This document shows, one piece after another, positions 9,443-19,197 of a DNA stretch of 48,782 nucleotides. Below the pieces are notes generated by a model. That model was not told where the DNA came from and searched no databases. It worked only from the letters and a program-made list of their open reading frames with translations. Each line of letters opens with the position of its first letter. Position 1 is the first letter of the stretch. The position numbers and the translations under genes are program-made. The DNA lies in sequence record SRR20825006_260. The stretch is one strand, 5' to 3'.

Positions 9443-10363
9443 TTATGGCTGAACGTCCTCGCGCGGTATGCCGTGAAACCAGGGATCGCCAAAATAGTTG
9501 TTCCCCGAGTAAGGACGGAACAGGACATTGGGGTTCGCCTCGTTGATCAGCCATGTGTGCCGATCGGGCCTGCTCCACTGCTCGCGGATCGTCTCGGCAT
9601 AGTCATAATCGGGACCTCCCTTCCACGAGTCACCCTCGAGCGAGATGACGAACCAGCCGCGCTCGAGCGCTTCGACCTCGCAAGACGCGCTCCACGCTTG
9701 CTCGGAGGCAGCGGCCGCATCGTCTCGTGGTGAGACATGCACATCGATGGCGACCTCGCATCGCTCTGATCGGAGCGGATGGTCCTGAAAATCGAGCACG
9801 ATCTCGATCTGACGCCCCAGCGCATACGAGGGCTGCGTATACGATTGGGCGAAACGAGACGTGTCGATCTGGACAAACGCCTGATTGGTCAGCAGCGGCT
9901 TCTCGACAATCGTCCAGGTCGACTCTCCATCAGCGTAGCTCGACCTCGGGATCTCCTCGACGATGGCAACCTGCATGAGTTCGCGTCGATCCTCACGCTC
10001 CAGATAGAGGACGCCGTGTTGTTCCTCGAGCGAACCGACCTCCAACACGGAGCGCTGACCACAACCTGAATCACCCGGCTCGTCGTAGACATCCTGGGTG
10101 GTGTCGAGCGCGTGCGTCCCCTCATCGAGATCGAACGTATAATCGAATGTCGTATCATTGCAGAGCGCCGCGGTGATCTGCTGCTGACGCCAGCGATAAT
10201 CCCCCAGAAGCTCCTGCTTTAACACAGGTTCTCGTGCGGCGAGAGCGGCATCATCAGGAGCTTGCTCGCCGAGGCCCCAGGGCGTCCCATCCTGGACAGA
10301 TACAACATCAGAGCACCCTGTCATCGGAGCGCAAAGCATCGACAACAGGAGCACGTGTCTCAT
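9443..10363 (-). CDS. hypothetical lipoprotein
   Basis: Signal peptide MRHVLLLSMLCAPMTGC with lipobox, then an acidic beta-rich mature region. The longer ORF start (10486) lies inside a repeat element; exact start uncertain. Confidence 0.65.
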   Translation of the reverse strand: MRHVLLLSMLCAPMTGCSDVVSVQDGTPWGLGEQAPDDAALAAREPVLKQELLGDYRWRQQQITAALCNDTTFDYTFDLDEGTHALDTTQDVYDEPGDSGCGQRSVLEVGSLEEQHGVLYLEREDRRELMQVAIVEEIPRSSYADGESTWTIVEKPLLTNQAFVQIDTSRFAQSYTQPSYALGRQIEIVLDFQDHPLRSERCEVAIDVHVSPRDDAAAASEQAWSASCEVEALERGWFVISLEGDSWKGGPDYDYAETIREQWSRPDRHTWLINEANPNVLFRPYSGNNYFGDPWFHGIPREDVQP

Positions 10364-10451
10364 CGCATATCGCATAAACATCACCGCTCTTTTCGCATCG
10401 ATAAATATCGCGAAGGTCGTCTCGGAGTATCGTCCGCACATGTTGGCGTGG

Positions 10452-10567
10452 GGGGCGACCTGGCACGATTTTTGGGTGACGGCCAAGCATCACCCGAAGC
10501 ACAAAATCCCATTACTTTCCAAAAATATACACCACAAACATCACCAAAAATCGTGCCAGGTCGCCCC
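10452..10567. repeat. 116-bp intergenic element with 24-bp perfect terminal inverted repeats (REPIN/MITE-like), copy 1
   Basis: GGGGCGACCTGGCACGATTTTTGG (10452-10475) and its reverse complement (10544-10567), with a 68-bp AT-rich spacer. Confidence 0.8.
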
Positions 10568-10582
10568 GAGGGGGTTTCTGGT

Positions 10583-12589
10583 TCACGAGGTCCGGCGAGT
10601 GCGACGCAGGAACACGAGCACGCCAAACAAGAGCAGCGCGCCGCCTGCGGGTGTGTTCTGGTTTTTGGAGGAGCTGCATCCGCATCCAGCAGGGCCATAA
10701 CCGCCATCGGCTTGCGGCGCAGCCGACTGCTCACCATTGCCACCGCCGTAAGTGCCATCCCCTCCCACACGCGACTCATCAAAATCACTCGACATCTCGA
10801 TCGGTGTGACCGCGATCCCGGCGACATCACGCTCGAAACGCTCGATGCCCTGCTGCTCGTAAGCCGCCTCATCCCCGAGCACGAGCATCGAAGAGTAGCG
10901 AGTGATGATCCCATAGGTCCTGGCGAGCGTCACTGCCTCGGTGACAAGAGCGGGCGACTCGCCCATCGTATCGATCTCTTGCTCGAGCTGATTTGCCCAG
11001 ATCTTTGCGGCGAGTGGCGCGGCGAATGTGTTCGGCTCGCCGGGAGAATCGAGCATGGCCGAGAAGGTGTATGCATCGCCAGCGAGGTCCACGCCGCTCA
11101 GTGATAATGGGAGCTGTGAAGGAAGCGCGCCCTCGACCGCGAGTGATACAGTGTCGCCAGGAAAGAGCGTGCGGTACTGACGCGCGTGCCTGCTCGGCCC
11201 ATCGAACAAGAACTTCGCGTCCTGTAAGCCTCCATCCTGTGCGCGCGCGAATAGGTCGAGGAACTGCGCCTCGATCGAGCTGTCCGCGAGCGCGAAGGTT
11301 GCCTCACCGCCTGTGGATTCTGTCAGCGTGTTGATATACCGCTGCGACAAATCCGAGCCGATCCCCAGCGCATACACGCGGTAATCCTGATCGGCCATCT
11401 TCTCATCCAACCTGGTAAGGATCTCGGTTGTGGACGTGACCCCCTCGGTCGGGCGTCCATCGGTCACGAGGAAGATGTCCACGTTGGTGTCGACGCTCGC
11501 GGTCGCGATCTCTGCGGCGAGCTGGAGCGAAGCGTCGATGTTGGTCCCACCGAGCGTTTCGAGGTCGAGGACCCATTGCTTCGCGTCATCGACCTGCTCG
11601 ACGCCTCGCAGCTCACTCTTCCACGCCTGCGCTTCTGTCCCGAAGGCCACCACCGAGAACTGGTCTCGCTTGGACAAACCATCGAGCGCTCGCGCGATCA
11701 TCGCCTTGGAGGTGGTGAGCTTCTGGCCAGACATCGAACCGGAGCAGTCGAGCACGAAGACGACCTTTCGGGGCAGCGGCTCGAGCGTGATCGCAGGCGA
11801 CCAGTAGATCACCGAGTGTGGCGCGATGCCCTCCCGCTCGGGAGTGTAAGAAATCACCGAGCCTTCGCTCGGCTGGGCTGGGGTCAACCGGAGGATCTGA
11901 TCCTCTTCGAGCGCGCCCGAGAGCTGCAAGGTCGCCTCGGTCATGCCGATGCTCTTGCCATCCTCTGAGCCCAACCACTCGAGACCCGACCACTGCTCGC
12001 CAGCAAAACGAACCGTCGCGTCGAGACCGTTTGTAGGTGTGTTCGACAGGCTCAGGTTATGCGAATCGGTCGCGATCCTTAACAACCGCGAGCCATCTGG
12101 CGCGCGCTCGAGCGGCTGTGCATAGTGAACGCGCGCCAACACGCGCTCTTTGTCTGGGTTTTCATCCTCCCAGGGATCGAGGCGGAGGCGATAAAAATCC
12201 TTACCAACATCCTGCAAGAGCAACTTCGATACGGAATCGGTCTGCTCGTAAGCGATCTGCCCCTGCATTCGACCTGTGGTCTCGGCGACGAGCCACTCAT
12301 CAGAATCACCGCGGCTGTATTCGGCCTTGTGAACGACCGCGTCAGGGGGAAGCGGAAAGAAGACCCAGACCCCACCGTTGGCATCCGGCGTGACCTCGAT
12401 GGTGATCACACCATGAGCGAAGTCACCATCGACGGTGACATCGAACGAGACGTGCTCGAAGCGATCCGGCTCTGCACCCGACCCAGTGGACACGCCGAAG
12501 GCAAACACCGAAGAGGATGACGCGAGCGCAGCGAGCGCGAAGACAAGAGCAGCGAGCAAATAGCGATAACGCACGAAAAAAGGCTCCAC
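10583..12589 (-). CDS. secreted VIT + von Willebrand A domain protein with MYXO-CTERM-like sorting tail
   Basis: Signal peptide, VIT-like N-terminal part, MIDAS VFVLDCSGSM...GGTN...LVTDG, and C-terminal GCGCSS-linker-TM-RRTRR. Confidence 0.85.
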   Translation of the reverse strand: MEPFFVRYRYLLAALVFALAALASSSSVFAFGVSTGSGAEPDRFEHVSFDVTVDGDFAHGVITIEVTPDANGGVWVFFPLPPDAVVHKAEYSRGDSDEWLVAETTGRMQGQIAYEQTDSVSKLLLQDVGKDFYRLRLDPWEDENPDKERVLARVHYAQPLERAPDGSRLLRIATDSHNLSLSNTPTNGLDATVRFAGEQWSGLEWLGSEDGKSIGMTEATLQLSGALEEDQILRLTPAQPSEGSVISYTPEREGIAPHSVIYWSPAITLEPLPRKVVFVLDCSGSMSGQKLTTSKAMIARALDGLSKRDQFSVVAFGTEAQAWKSELRGVEQVDDAKQWVLDLETLGGTNIDASLQLAAEIATASVDTNVDIFLVTDGRPTEGVTSTTEILTRLDEKMADQDYRVYALGIGSDLSQRYINTLTESTGGEATFALADSSIEAQFLDLFARAQDGGLQDAKFLFDGPSRHARQYRTLFPGDTVSLAVEGALPSQLPLSLSGVDLAGDAYTFSAMLDSPGEPNTFAAPLAAKIWANQLEQEIDTMGESPALVTEAVTLARTYGIITRYSSMLVLGDEAAYEQQGIERFERDVAGIAVTPIEMSSDFDESRVGGDGTYGGGNGEQSAAPQADGGYGPAGCGCSSSKNQNTPAGGALLLFGVLVFLRRTRRTS

Positions 12590-12672
12590 GAAAGGTTGGC
12601 TTGTTCAAACGCGCACAACCTATCATAAGAGCCCGGAACACTTCAAAAACGAGGCGTTTATTTCACCTGTGC

Positions 12673-13518
12673 TCAGGCTTCTTCGAGACCTTCCGGTTTG
12701 ACGATCTCGAAACGCCCTGGAGGCTCCCAGGAGCCATCGTCGTTTTGCACGGTCATGATCTCGTAACCTTCATCGGTCACCGCGATCGTGTGCTCGTACT
12801 GAGCCGAGAGCTTGCCGTCGAGCGTGACGGCGGTCCAGTCATCCTCGAGGACCTTGAGGCGGTAGGTCCCCTCGTTGATCATCGGCTCGATGGTGAACGT
12901 CATGTTGGGGCGCAGGCGCACACCCGTGCGCGGCTTGCCAACATGTGGAACCTGAGGCTCCTCGTGGAAGTGCTTGCCGATGCCGTGCCCGACAAAATCA
13001 CGCACGACGCCATACCCGAGCTTCTTCTCGGCGTAGGATTGAATGGTGTGTCCGATATCACCCAAACGCTTTCCAGGTTTGACGATGTCGATCGCGCGAC
13101 GCAGTGACTCGAGCGTGTGCCAGAGCAGCTTCTGCGCATCTGGCGAGACCTCACCCACAGGAATCGTCGAGGCGTTGTCCCCATAGAACCCATCCACGAT
13201 CAGGGTCACATCGATGCCGATGATATCCCCTTCCTTCAGGATCACCTTCTTGTCAGGGATGCCGTGGCAGATGACCTCGTTGATCGAGGTGCAGATGCTC
13301 TTGGGGAAGCCCTTGTAATTGAGCGGTGCGGGCGTGGCGCCATGCTTCTTGGCGAACGCCATCTGGAGGTCGTCGATGTCCTGGGTGGACATACCTGGCT
13401 CGACGCTCTTGGTGATGTGTTCGAGGCACTGGCTGGCGAGCCTGCCTGCGCGCCGCATCCCCTCGATCTCGTCCGCGTTTTTGATCTGAATCAGTGGCCG
13501 TTTCTTTTGGAAAAGCAT
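12673..13518 (-). CDS. map: methionine aminopeptidase type I
   Basis: SICTSINEVICHGIP, GIDVT, GFYGD, GHGIG-FHEEP, FTIEPMIN and SAQYEHT. Start set at ATG 13518. Confidence 0.95.
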   Translation of the reverse strand: MLFQKKRPLIQIKNADEIEGMRRAGRLASQCLEHITKSVEPGMSTQDIDDLQMAFAKKHGATPAPLNYKGFPKSICTSINEVICHGIPDKKVILKEGDIIGIDVTLIVDGFYGDNASTIPVGEVSPDAQKLLWHTLESLRRAIDIVKPGKRLGDIGHTIQSYAEKKLGYGVVRDFVGHGIGKHFHEEPQVPHVGKPRTGVRLRPNMTFTIEPMINEGTYRLKVLEDDWTAVTLDGKLSAQYEHTIAVTDEGYEIMTVQNDDGSWEPPGRFEIVKPEGLEEA

Positions 13519-13650
13519 GCTGGAGCGCCTCGATACTGGTCTTTGCTCGCCCGCTCGAACTCTGCGCGACGGCCCCCGGGCGAGGAGCCGTAGCACGGGT
13601 AACACCTACCACCAAACCACGTTCAGAGGAAAGACGCACACCGTCATGGA

Positions 13651-14427
13651 TCAGTAGCACCCGATCAGGACCTCGCCCTCGCGCTTCTCGGCACAATCCG
13701 GCGCGCCGATCTTTGCGACCAGGACATCGACCGTGGCGCCGATGCGCTCGTCCATATTGGCGAGCACGGCCCAGATCGACTTCTGGCGCTCGAGCAGCTC
13801 CTCGCGCCTGGCGCGCGCTGCGGCGCCATCGCTCTCCTCGAGCTCGACGAGTTCACCAGCGAGCGACGCGATCGTCTTCGCCACAGGGATCGCTCTTGGC
13901 CATGCTGTCAGCGCCTTTGGCGGCTTCTCCAACCTCACAGGCGCGGCGCCCTCCTGAAACTCGAAGTAGCCCTCGTGCGTGATCATGTAGTTCCAGGCGA
14001 ACCCATTCCCCGTGGCAAAATAGGCCACCGCGGCTTCAGGGTGATAGAGCGTGACCTCGCCGCTACGGTTGGCGTAGACCAACGTGGCTTGCGGCCCATC
14101 GAAGGGTCCAGCCAGCGGTTGCCCCGCCTCGACGGGGGGGATCTGGGATGCCTTGGCGCGACGCAGCGCCTCGGGAGAGGGGAGCAACGTGATCGGCTCG
14201 TCCTCCACCTCGGGAGAGGTCTCGTTTGCGGCGAGAGAGGTCTCTGACGGCGTGCTCTCGCCGCTCGTGTTCGCGTTTTGATCGGGTGAGGTCGGCTGGG
14301 TCGAGGCGTTCTGCGTAGGAACATCTCCAGGTTGGAACCCGAACTTCATCCCCCCACAAGCGAGCGAGCAGAGCGCCACGACACACAGCACCACCCCCGC
14401 CCACTGAAGACCACGCACATCCTGCAT
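13651..14427 (-). CDS. hypothetical lipoprotein
   Basis: Hydrophobic N-terminus ending in lipobox SLAC, Ser/Thr/Pro linker, coding-like composition. Confidence 0.65.
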   Translation of the reverse strand: MQDVRGLQWAGVVLCVVALCSLACGGMKFGFQPGDVPTQNASTQPTSPDQNANTSGESTPSETSLAANETSPEVEDEPITLLPSPEALRRAKASQIPPVEAGQPLAGPFDGPQATLVYANRSGEVTLYHPEAAVAYFATGNGFAWNYMITHEGYFEFQEGAAPVRLEKPPKALTAWPRAIPVAKTIASLAGELVELEESDGAAARARREELLERQKSIWAVLANMDERIGATVDVLVAKIGAPDCAEKREGEVLIGCY

Positions 14428-14619
14428 TCAAGACCTCTCCAAAGAGGGTATTCGGGAACTCGAGCACCCGGCATCGAGCCCCATTATTCGACTCACGCGG
14501 GTGCATTGCAAGCGCTCCGAAGTCCTCCTCTCTTGCCAACCCGGGGCGATGGCGAGTATCGATGCGTATCTCGGGATACGACACCGCCATCGCCACGCGC
14601 GAGCGAAGGAAGGAAACAG

Positions 14620-15933
14620 ATGAACGGCCTCTCACTGCTCGACACAGGCGCTGCGCTCTTTGGCATCGCAGCTCTGCTCGGTCTGGTCAACCACCACCTC
14701 TTCAAGCTCCCCTTCACTATCGGGATGACCTTCTCGGCGATGCTGGCGAGCCTGTTCGTGATGGGCTTCGACCTCCTCTTCCCCGAGGTCGGCGTGGGGC
14801 CGATCGTGCGCGGGGCGATCAAGAACATCGACTTCACCTACGCGCTGCTCCACGGGATGCTCGGCTTCCTGCTGTTCGCGGGCGCGATGCACACCGACCT
14901 CGAGCGCCTGCGTAGTCACGCCATGCCGGTCCTGGCGCTGGCGACCGTGGGGACGATGCTCGCCACCGCGGGCATGGGCGGAGCCGCTTATTTCCTGTTC
15001 ACCAACCAGGGGATCGGGATCTCATTGATATTCTGCATGGTGTTCGGCGCGCTGATCGCGCCCACCGATCCGGTCGCCGTGCTCGGTATCATGCGCGCCG
15101 CTGGCGCCCCCAAAGCGCTCGAGACAAAGGTCATCGGCGAGAGCCTGTTTAACGACGGGATCGGCGTGGTGATCTTCGCGCTGTTGGTCAGCGTCGCCAC
15201 AGGAGGTGCGGGCGACCACCACCACGGCGCCGAAGCGATGACCGCTGGCTCCGTGGCCTTGCTCATGGCGCAGGAGGTCATCGGAGGCGTCCTGCTCGGG
15301 CTGGTGATGGGTTATGGCGCTTACCGCGCGCTGCGCTCGATCAACCAACCAAACCTCGAGATCCTGATCTCTGTGGCGACCGTGGCGGTGATCAACATGA
15401 TCGCCTTCAAGCTGCACACCTCGTCTCCGCTGGCGTGCGTGATCGCGGGGCTGTTCATCGGCAACCGCGGGCGCTACTTCGCCATGGAAGACACCACACG
15501 CGAACACCTCGATATCGTCTGGTCCTTTATCGACGAGGCGCTCAATGCCCTGCTCTTCCTGCTCGTCGGCATGGAGATCCTCTCGCTCAAGTACAGCCAC
15601 GATATCCTGATCGTCAGCCTGGCGATGATCCCGTTGGCGCTGGGTGTCAGGCTCGTCTCGGTCTCCGTACCGCTCGCGGGGCTGAAAGCGCTCAAGGTTC
15701 ACTTTACCAAGGGGACGACGCGGGTGCTGACCTGGGGAGGTCTCAAGGGGGGCATCTCGATCGCGCTCGCCATGAGCCTGCCTGAGTTCGAAGGGAGAGA
15801 CGCCGTACTGGGCGCGACCTACGCCGTCGTGGTCTTCTCGATCATCGTTCAGGGCACCACCGTCGGTCGCCTGATCGAAAAACTCATCCCCGCTGAAGAG
15901 CGCCAGCAATCAGCCGAGGATGCACACCATTGA
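14620..15933 (+). CDS. CPA1/NhaP-family Na+/H+ antiporter
   Basis: About 12 TM helices with FGALIAPTDPVAV, GESLFNDG and WGGLKGGISIALA. ATG 14620 follows an AAGGAAGGA RBS. Confidence 0.92.
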   Translation: MNGLSLLDTGAALFGIAALLGLVNHHLFKLPFTIGMTFSAMLASLFVMGFDLLFPEVGVGPIVRGAIKNIDFTYALLHGMLGFLLFAGAMHTDLERLRSHAMPVLALATVGTMLATAGMGGAAYFLFTNQGIGISLIFCMVFGALIAPTDPVAVLGIMRAAGAPKALETKVIGESLFNDGIGVVIFALLVSVATGGAGDHHHGAEAMTAGSVALLMAQEVIGGVLLGLVMGYGAYRALRSINQPNLEILISVATVAVINMIAFKLHTSSPLACVIAGLFIGNRGRYFAMEDTTREHLDIVWSFIDEALNALLFLLVGMEILSLKYSHDILIVSLAMIPLALGVRLVSVSVPLAGLKALKVHFTKGTTRVLTWGGLKGGISIALAMSLPEFEGRDAVLGATYAVVVFSIIVQGTTVGRLIEKLIPAEERQQSAEDAHH

Positions 15934-15962
15934 TTTCTCACACGCTCTGGAGGAGCACGCAT

Positions 15963-16538
15963 ATGCACACGAACAAGATCATCCTCTCCCTGGCAGCGGC
16001 GCTCGCGATGACGTCGGCGATCGCTTGCAAGAAGGACACGGTCACCGAGGACACCACGCCAAAGGAGACCTCCACCAAACCCGCCGAAACACCCGAGGAG
16101 ACGACCCCTCCTGCCGAGGCTGATGTCCCGGCACCCGAGCCATCGATCGAAGGTGGATACGCCTGGAATCACATCATCGAGGTGTACGATGGCGAAGAGG
16201 GCGCCGATGAAGAGGTCACCGACTGCCTCGCGCTCAAGAAGGAGGGAGAGGATCTCTCCTTTGCCTTCGAGCTCGTCCAGACCAACGCGCACACCTGCTC
16301 GATGAACGGCGTCGCCAAGGCCGACGGCGAGAACCGCTGGGTCTACGAAGAGAACAACGAGGAGGATGGGTTCGCCTGCCGCCTCGAGATCGTGGTGACA
16401 GATACCGCCATCGAGCTCAAGGACAGCGAAGACTGCCGCAGCTACTACTGCGGCGCGCGCGGCTACATCGACGGCTCGAGCTTCGAGCGCGCCACGCGGC
16501 GCGCCGATGACTTCAGCTGCATGGAATCGAACAACTGA
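15963..16538 (+). CDS. hypothetical acidic lipoprotein
   Basis: GGAGGAG RBS, ATG 15963, lipobox AIAC, PE/T linker and a Cys-containing beta-rich domain (HTC...C...YYCG). Confidence 0.75.
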   Translation: MHTNKIILSLAAALAMTSAIACKKDTVTEDTTPKETSTKPAETPEETTPPAEADVPAPEPSIEGGYAWNHIIEVYDGEEGADEEVTDCLALKKEGEDLSFAFELVQTNAHTCSMNGVAKADGENRWVYEENNEEDGFACRLEIVVTDTAIELKDSEDCRSYYCGARGYIDGSSFERATRRADDFSCMESNN

Positions 16539-16557
16539 TCCTCACACCACGCGCTGC

Positions 16558-19197
16558 TCACCAACGCCCATTAACCCCGAGGTTGGGGATGATCGGCAAC
16601 CCCGAGATCACGCGCTGCTCGCTGTAGTCATACGTGTAGAAGGTGCTCTCGGGGTTGCGACGGTTCGTGGCGTTGAGCACGTCGATATAACCCGCGAGCT
16701 CCAGGCGCTTGATCTTGAAGGACTTCTCCAACCTCACATCCAGCTGCCTGAACGCATCCTGCCTGGCAGAGTTTGGCTTCCCATAGATCGGCTCGTAGCG
16801 GTTGCCGTCGGCGTCATACACGACGTTATCGACAGGCGTGAACGGGAACCCCGAGACCACGCGAAAACGCGCCGACAGGTAGATGTCACGCGGGAACTTG
16901 TAGCCAGCCACCAGCGCCAGGATATGCGTCTGATCGTTGGCGTAGATATCCCACTCATTGGTGAGAAGGTTAAGCCGCTCGGAGCGGCTCAATGTGTACG
17001 CGATCCAACCGAAGGCGCCCTCTTGCGGGTCGAGCTTGATCAAGGTCTCCAGACCATAAGCGCGCCCCTCGCCATCGTTGTCGAAGAACTGATAATCGAA
17101 CGAACCATCCTCGTAGAACTGGAGCTCGAAGTCCTCCACCACGAGGTTGCTCATGTCGCGATAGAACCCCTCGATCTCCACCGAGAGCCGCTTTAGCGGC
17201 CTGACGCCAAAGCCGAGCGAGTATTGCATCGCGCGCTCTTCCTCGAGCTTTTTCGTCCCGAAGTTCGGATCGGTAAACAGCGACTGCGGCGCCTGAGTGT
17301 AGAGCCCGACGCCCCCCTTCAAGGTCAGCTTCTCGTCGAACAACGCCTGCCGCATCGCCAGACGCGGCGCGGGCGCGAGCCTCGTGATCGACCCATAGTA
17401 ATCGAGCCTCAACCCGGGGATGATCTGCGCCCCTTTCCACGGCTGGATCACCAGATCCGTATAGAACGCCGGGCTGACAAACGACCTCGGGTCGAGCGAA
17501 GTGATAAACAGGTTATCCCCAGGATAGGCGCTGTCCTCGGGCGCGTTGTTCGAGAACCCCTCCGAGTCAAAGGCGGAGTCATCGTAAGTCGGAGGCTCGA
17601 CGATCTCGACGTCGGTGTGCGCGATCTCGAAGTTGGCGCCCATGCGAAAGTCCAACCGCGGCGCGAGCTTGATCGTCAACTCCTCGCGGATGATGCTCGA
17701 GAGCTGATCCGTGTCGAAGACAAACCCTCCCCCCTCGAACCTCGTGCCCGCGGTCCCGAACGAGACCGAGAGCGAGTTCTTCATCGGCGCATCGGGCGCG
17801 CTCCAATCCCAGCGAAGCTGCCCACGATAAAAGCTGTTGATAAAGCCAAAGGACTCCTCCTCAGACTCCTCGCCATTCTCATCCTCACCGATCAGCCGCA
17901 ACGCATCACGCGACCCATAGAGCAGCAACTCCACAGTGTGATTGTCGAAGCGCGTCAGCCTCAACACCCCCTGATAATCGTAGTAGCGCGGCAGCACGAA
18001 GGTGAAGCTGTCATCGGGCACGAATGGCCTGGCGAGCACGTCGATGTAACTTCGGCGCCCGGCGATCGCGAAGGATAACCCGTCGATAATCGGCCCCTCG
18101 AGCAGCAACGCCGAGTCCAACAGATCGACCTGCGCGAACCCATGCAGCTTGTCCTCTCGAGGATCTCGCGTCTTGAGGTTGAGCACGCCAGCGGTGGCGC
18201 GCCCATATTGCACGCCGAAGTTGCCAGGGAAGAAGTCCACAGACTCGATCAGCTCGGACTGCACCACGGCAGGACCACCGAGGAAGTGGAACACACCAGG
18301 GACCACATCTCCCTCGAGCAAGATCCTCGTATCCTGTGGCGCGGCGCCACGCACGACCAACTGCCCGCTAAACGCAGGCGGCCTGGCGACACCGGGGAGG
18401 TTCTGCACCACGCGCACGACATCGCCGCGCGTTCCGGGGATGCGGCGCACCTCCTCGAGCGTGATCGTGCGGCGCGTGACATCGGGGGGGATCTTTCGCG
18501 CAGTGGTGCGCACTTCACCATCGACGATCTCATCCTCGGAGATCTCCTCCACAGGTTCTGGCGGTGGCGGCGAAAGCGCGAGCGCGACGGCGACAACCTC
18601 GCCATGGCCAAGTTTGACCTCGACTTCACCAGTCGGGCGCTCCCCCAACGACACGCGAAGGCGATACTTGCCCCCGGGGACCTGCTCGAAGGAGACCTCG
18701 CCATTGGCATCGCTGAAAGCGGTCGCGAGCACATTCTCACCGCCCTCATCCAACAGCTCGACCTGCGCTCCAGGCAGAATCTTTGGATCTCCCTGGCTGC
18801 CATCACTGACCTCGACCACCTTCGCCTCGAGCGTGGAGGGAGGGAGCGCGAAGGTGAGCTTGTACTGGAATGAGATCGCGGCGGGTTTGCCATCGATCTC
18901 GGCTGGCGAAAACGTGGTGGCGAGCAGCGCCTGCCTGGCAGCCTCGCCCAGTGCTTCGTCTGGTGATGACACGACCTTTGCCGCCGAGACCTTGCCATCG
19001 GCGCCGACGGTGATTTCGAGCACGACCTCGCCCTCGACGCCAGCCTTTAGCGACGCCTCGGGGTAATCGACCTCGGCTTGCGAGATCACCTGCGGGGCTT
19101 TCGTGAGCTGCGGCGAGGCGTCCTGCGCGGACGCGCTGCTCGCCGCAAAAGTAAGCAGGCCGAGCGCGAGTAGAATACAGAAGAAATGACGTCTCAA
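16558..19197 (-). CDS. TonB-dependent receptor with N-terminal TonB C-terminal domain and carboxypeptidase-regulatory-like domain
   Basis: Signal peptide, YPEASLKAGVEGEVVLEITVGADG (TonB_C), plug motifs IPGTRGDVVRVVQNLPGV and FFPGNFGVQYGRATAG, beta-barrel ending in Trp. Confidence 0.9.
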   Translation of the reverse strand: MRRHFFCILLALGLLTFAASSASAQDASPQLTKAPQVISQAEVDYPEASLKAGVEGEVVLEITVGADGKVSAAKVVSSPDEALGEAARQALLATTFSPAEIDGKPAAISFQYKLTFALPPSTLEAKVVEVSDGSQGDPKILPGAQVELLDEGGENVLATAFSDANGEVSFEQVPGGKYRLRVSLGERPTGEVEVKLGHGEVVAVALALSPPPPEPVEEISEDEIVDGEVRTTARKIPPDVTRRTITLEEVRRIPGTRGDVVRVVQNLPGVARPPAFSGQLVVRGAAPQDTRILLEGDVVPGVFHFLGGPAVVQSELIESVDFFPGNFGVQYGRATAGVLNLKTRDPREDKLHGFAQVDLLDSALLLEGPIIDGLSFAIAGRRSYIDVLARPFVPDDSFTFVLPRYYDYQGVLRLTRFDNHTVELLLYGSRDALRLIGEDENGEESEEESFGFINSFYRGQLRWDWSAPDAPMKNSLSVSFGTAGTRFEGGGFVFDTDQLSSIIREELTIKLAPRLDFRMGANFEIAHTDVEIVEPPTYDDSAFDSEGFSNNAPEDSAYPGDNLFITSLDPRSFVSPAFYTDLVIQPWKGAQIIPGLRLDYYGSITRLAPAPRLAMRQALFDEKLTLKGGVGLYTQAPQSLFTDPNFGTKKLEEERAMQYSLGFGVRPLKRLSVEIEGFYRDMSNLVVEDFELQFYEDGSFDYQFFDNDGEGRAYGLETLIKLDPQEGAFGWIAYTLSRSERLNLLTNEWDIYANDQTHILALVAGYKFPRDIYLSARFRVVSGFPFTPVDNVVYDADGNRYEPIYGKPNSARQDAFRQLDVRLEKSFKIKRLELAGYIDVLNATNRRNPESTFYTYDYSEQRVISGLPIIPNLGVNGRW

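Noticed and set aside
10452-10567. Inverted-repeat elements as integron attC sites or tRNAs
   Set aside because: No GTTRRRY/RYYYAAC ends, no integrase, and no cloverleaf or T-loop consensus.
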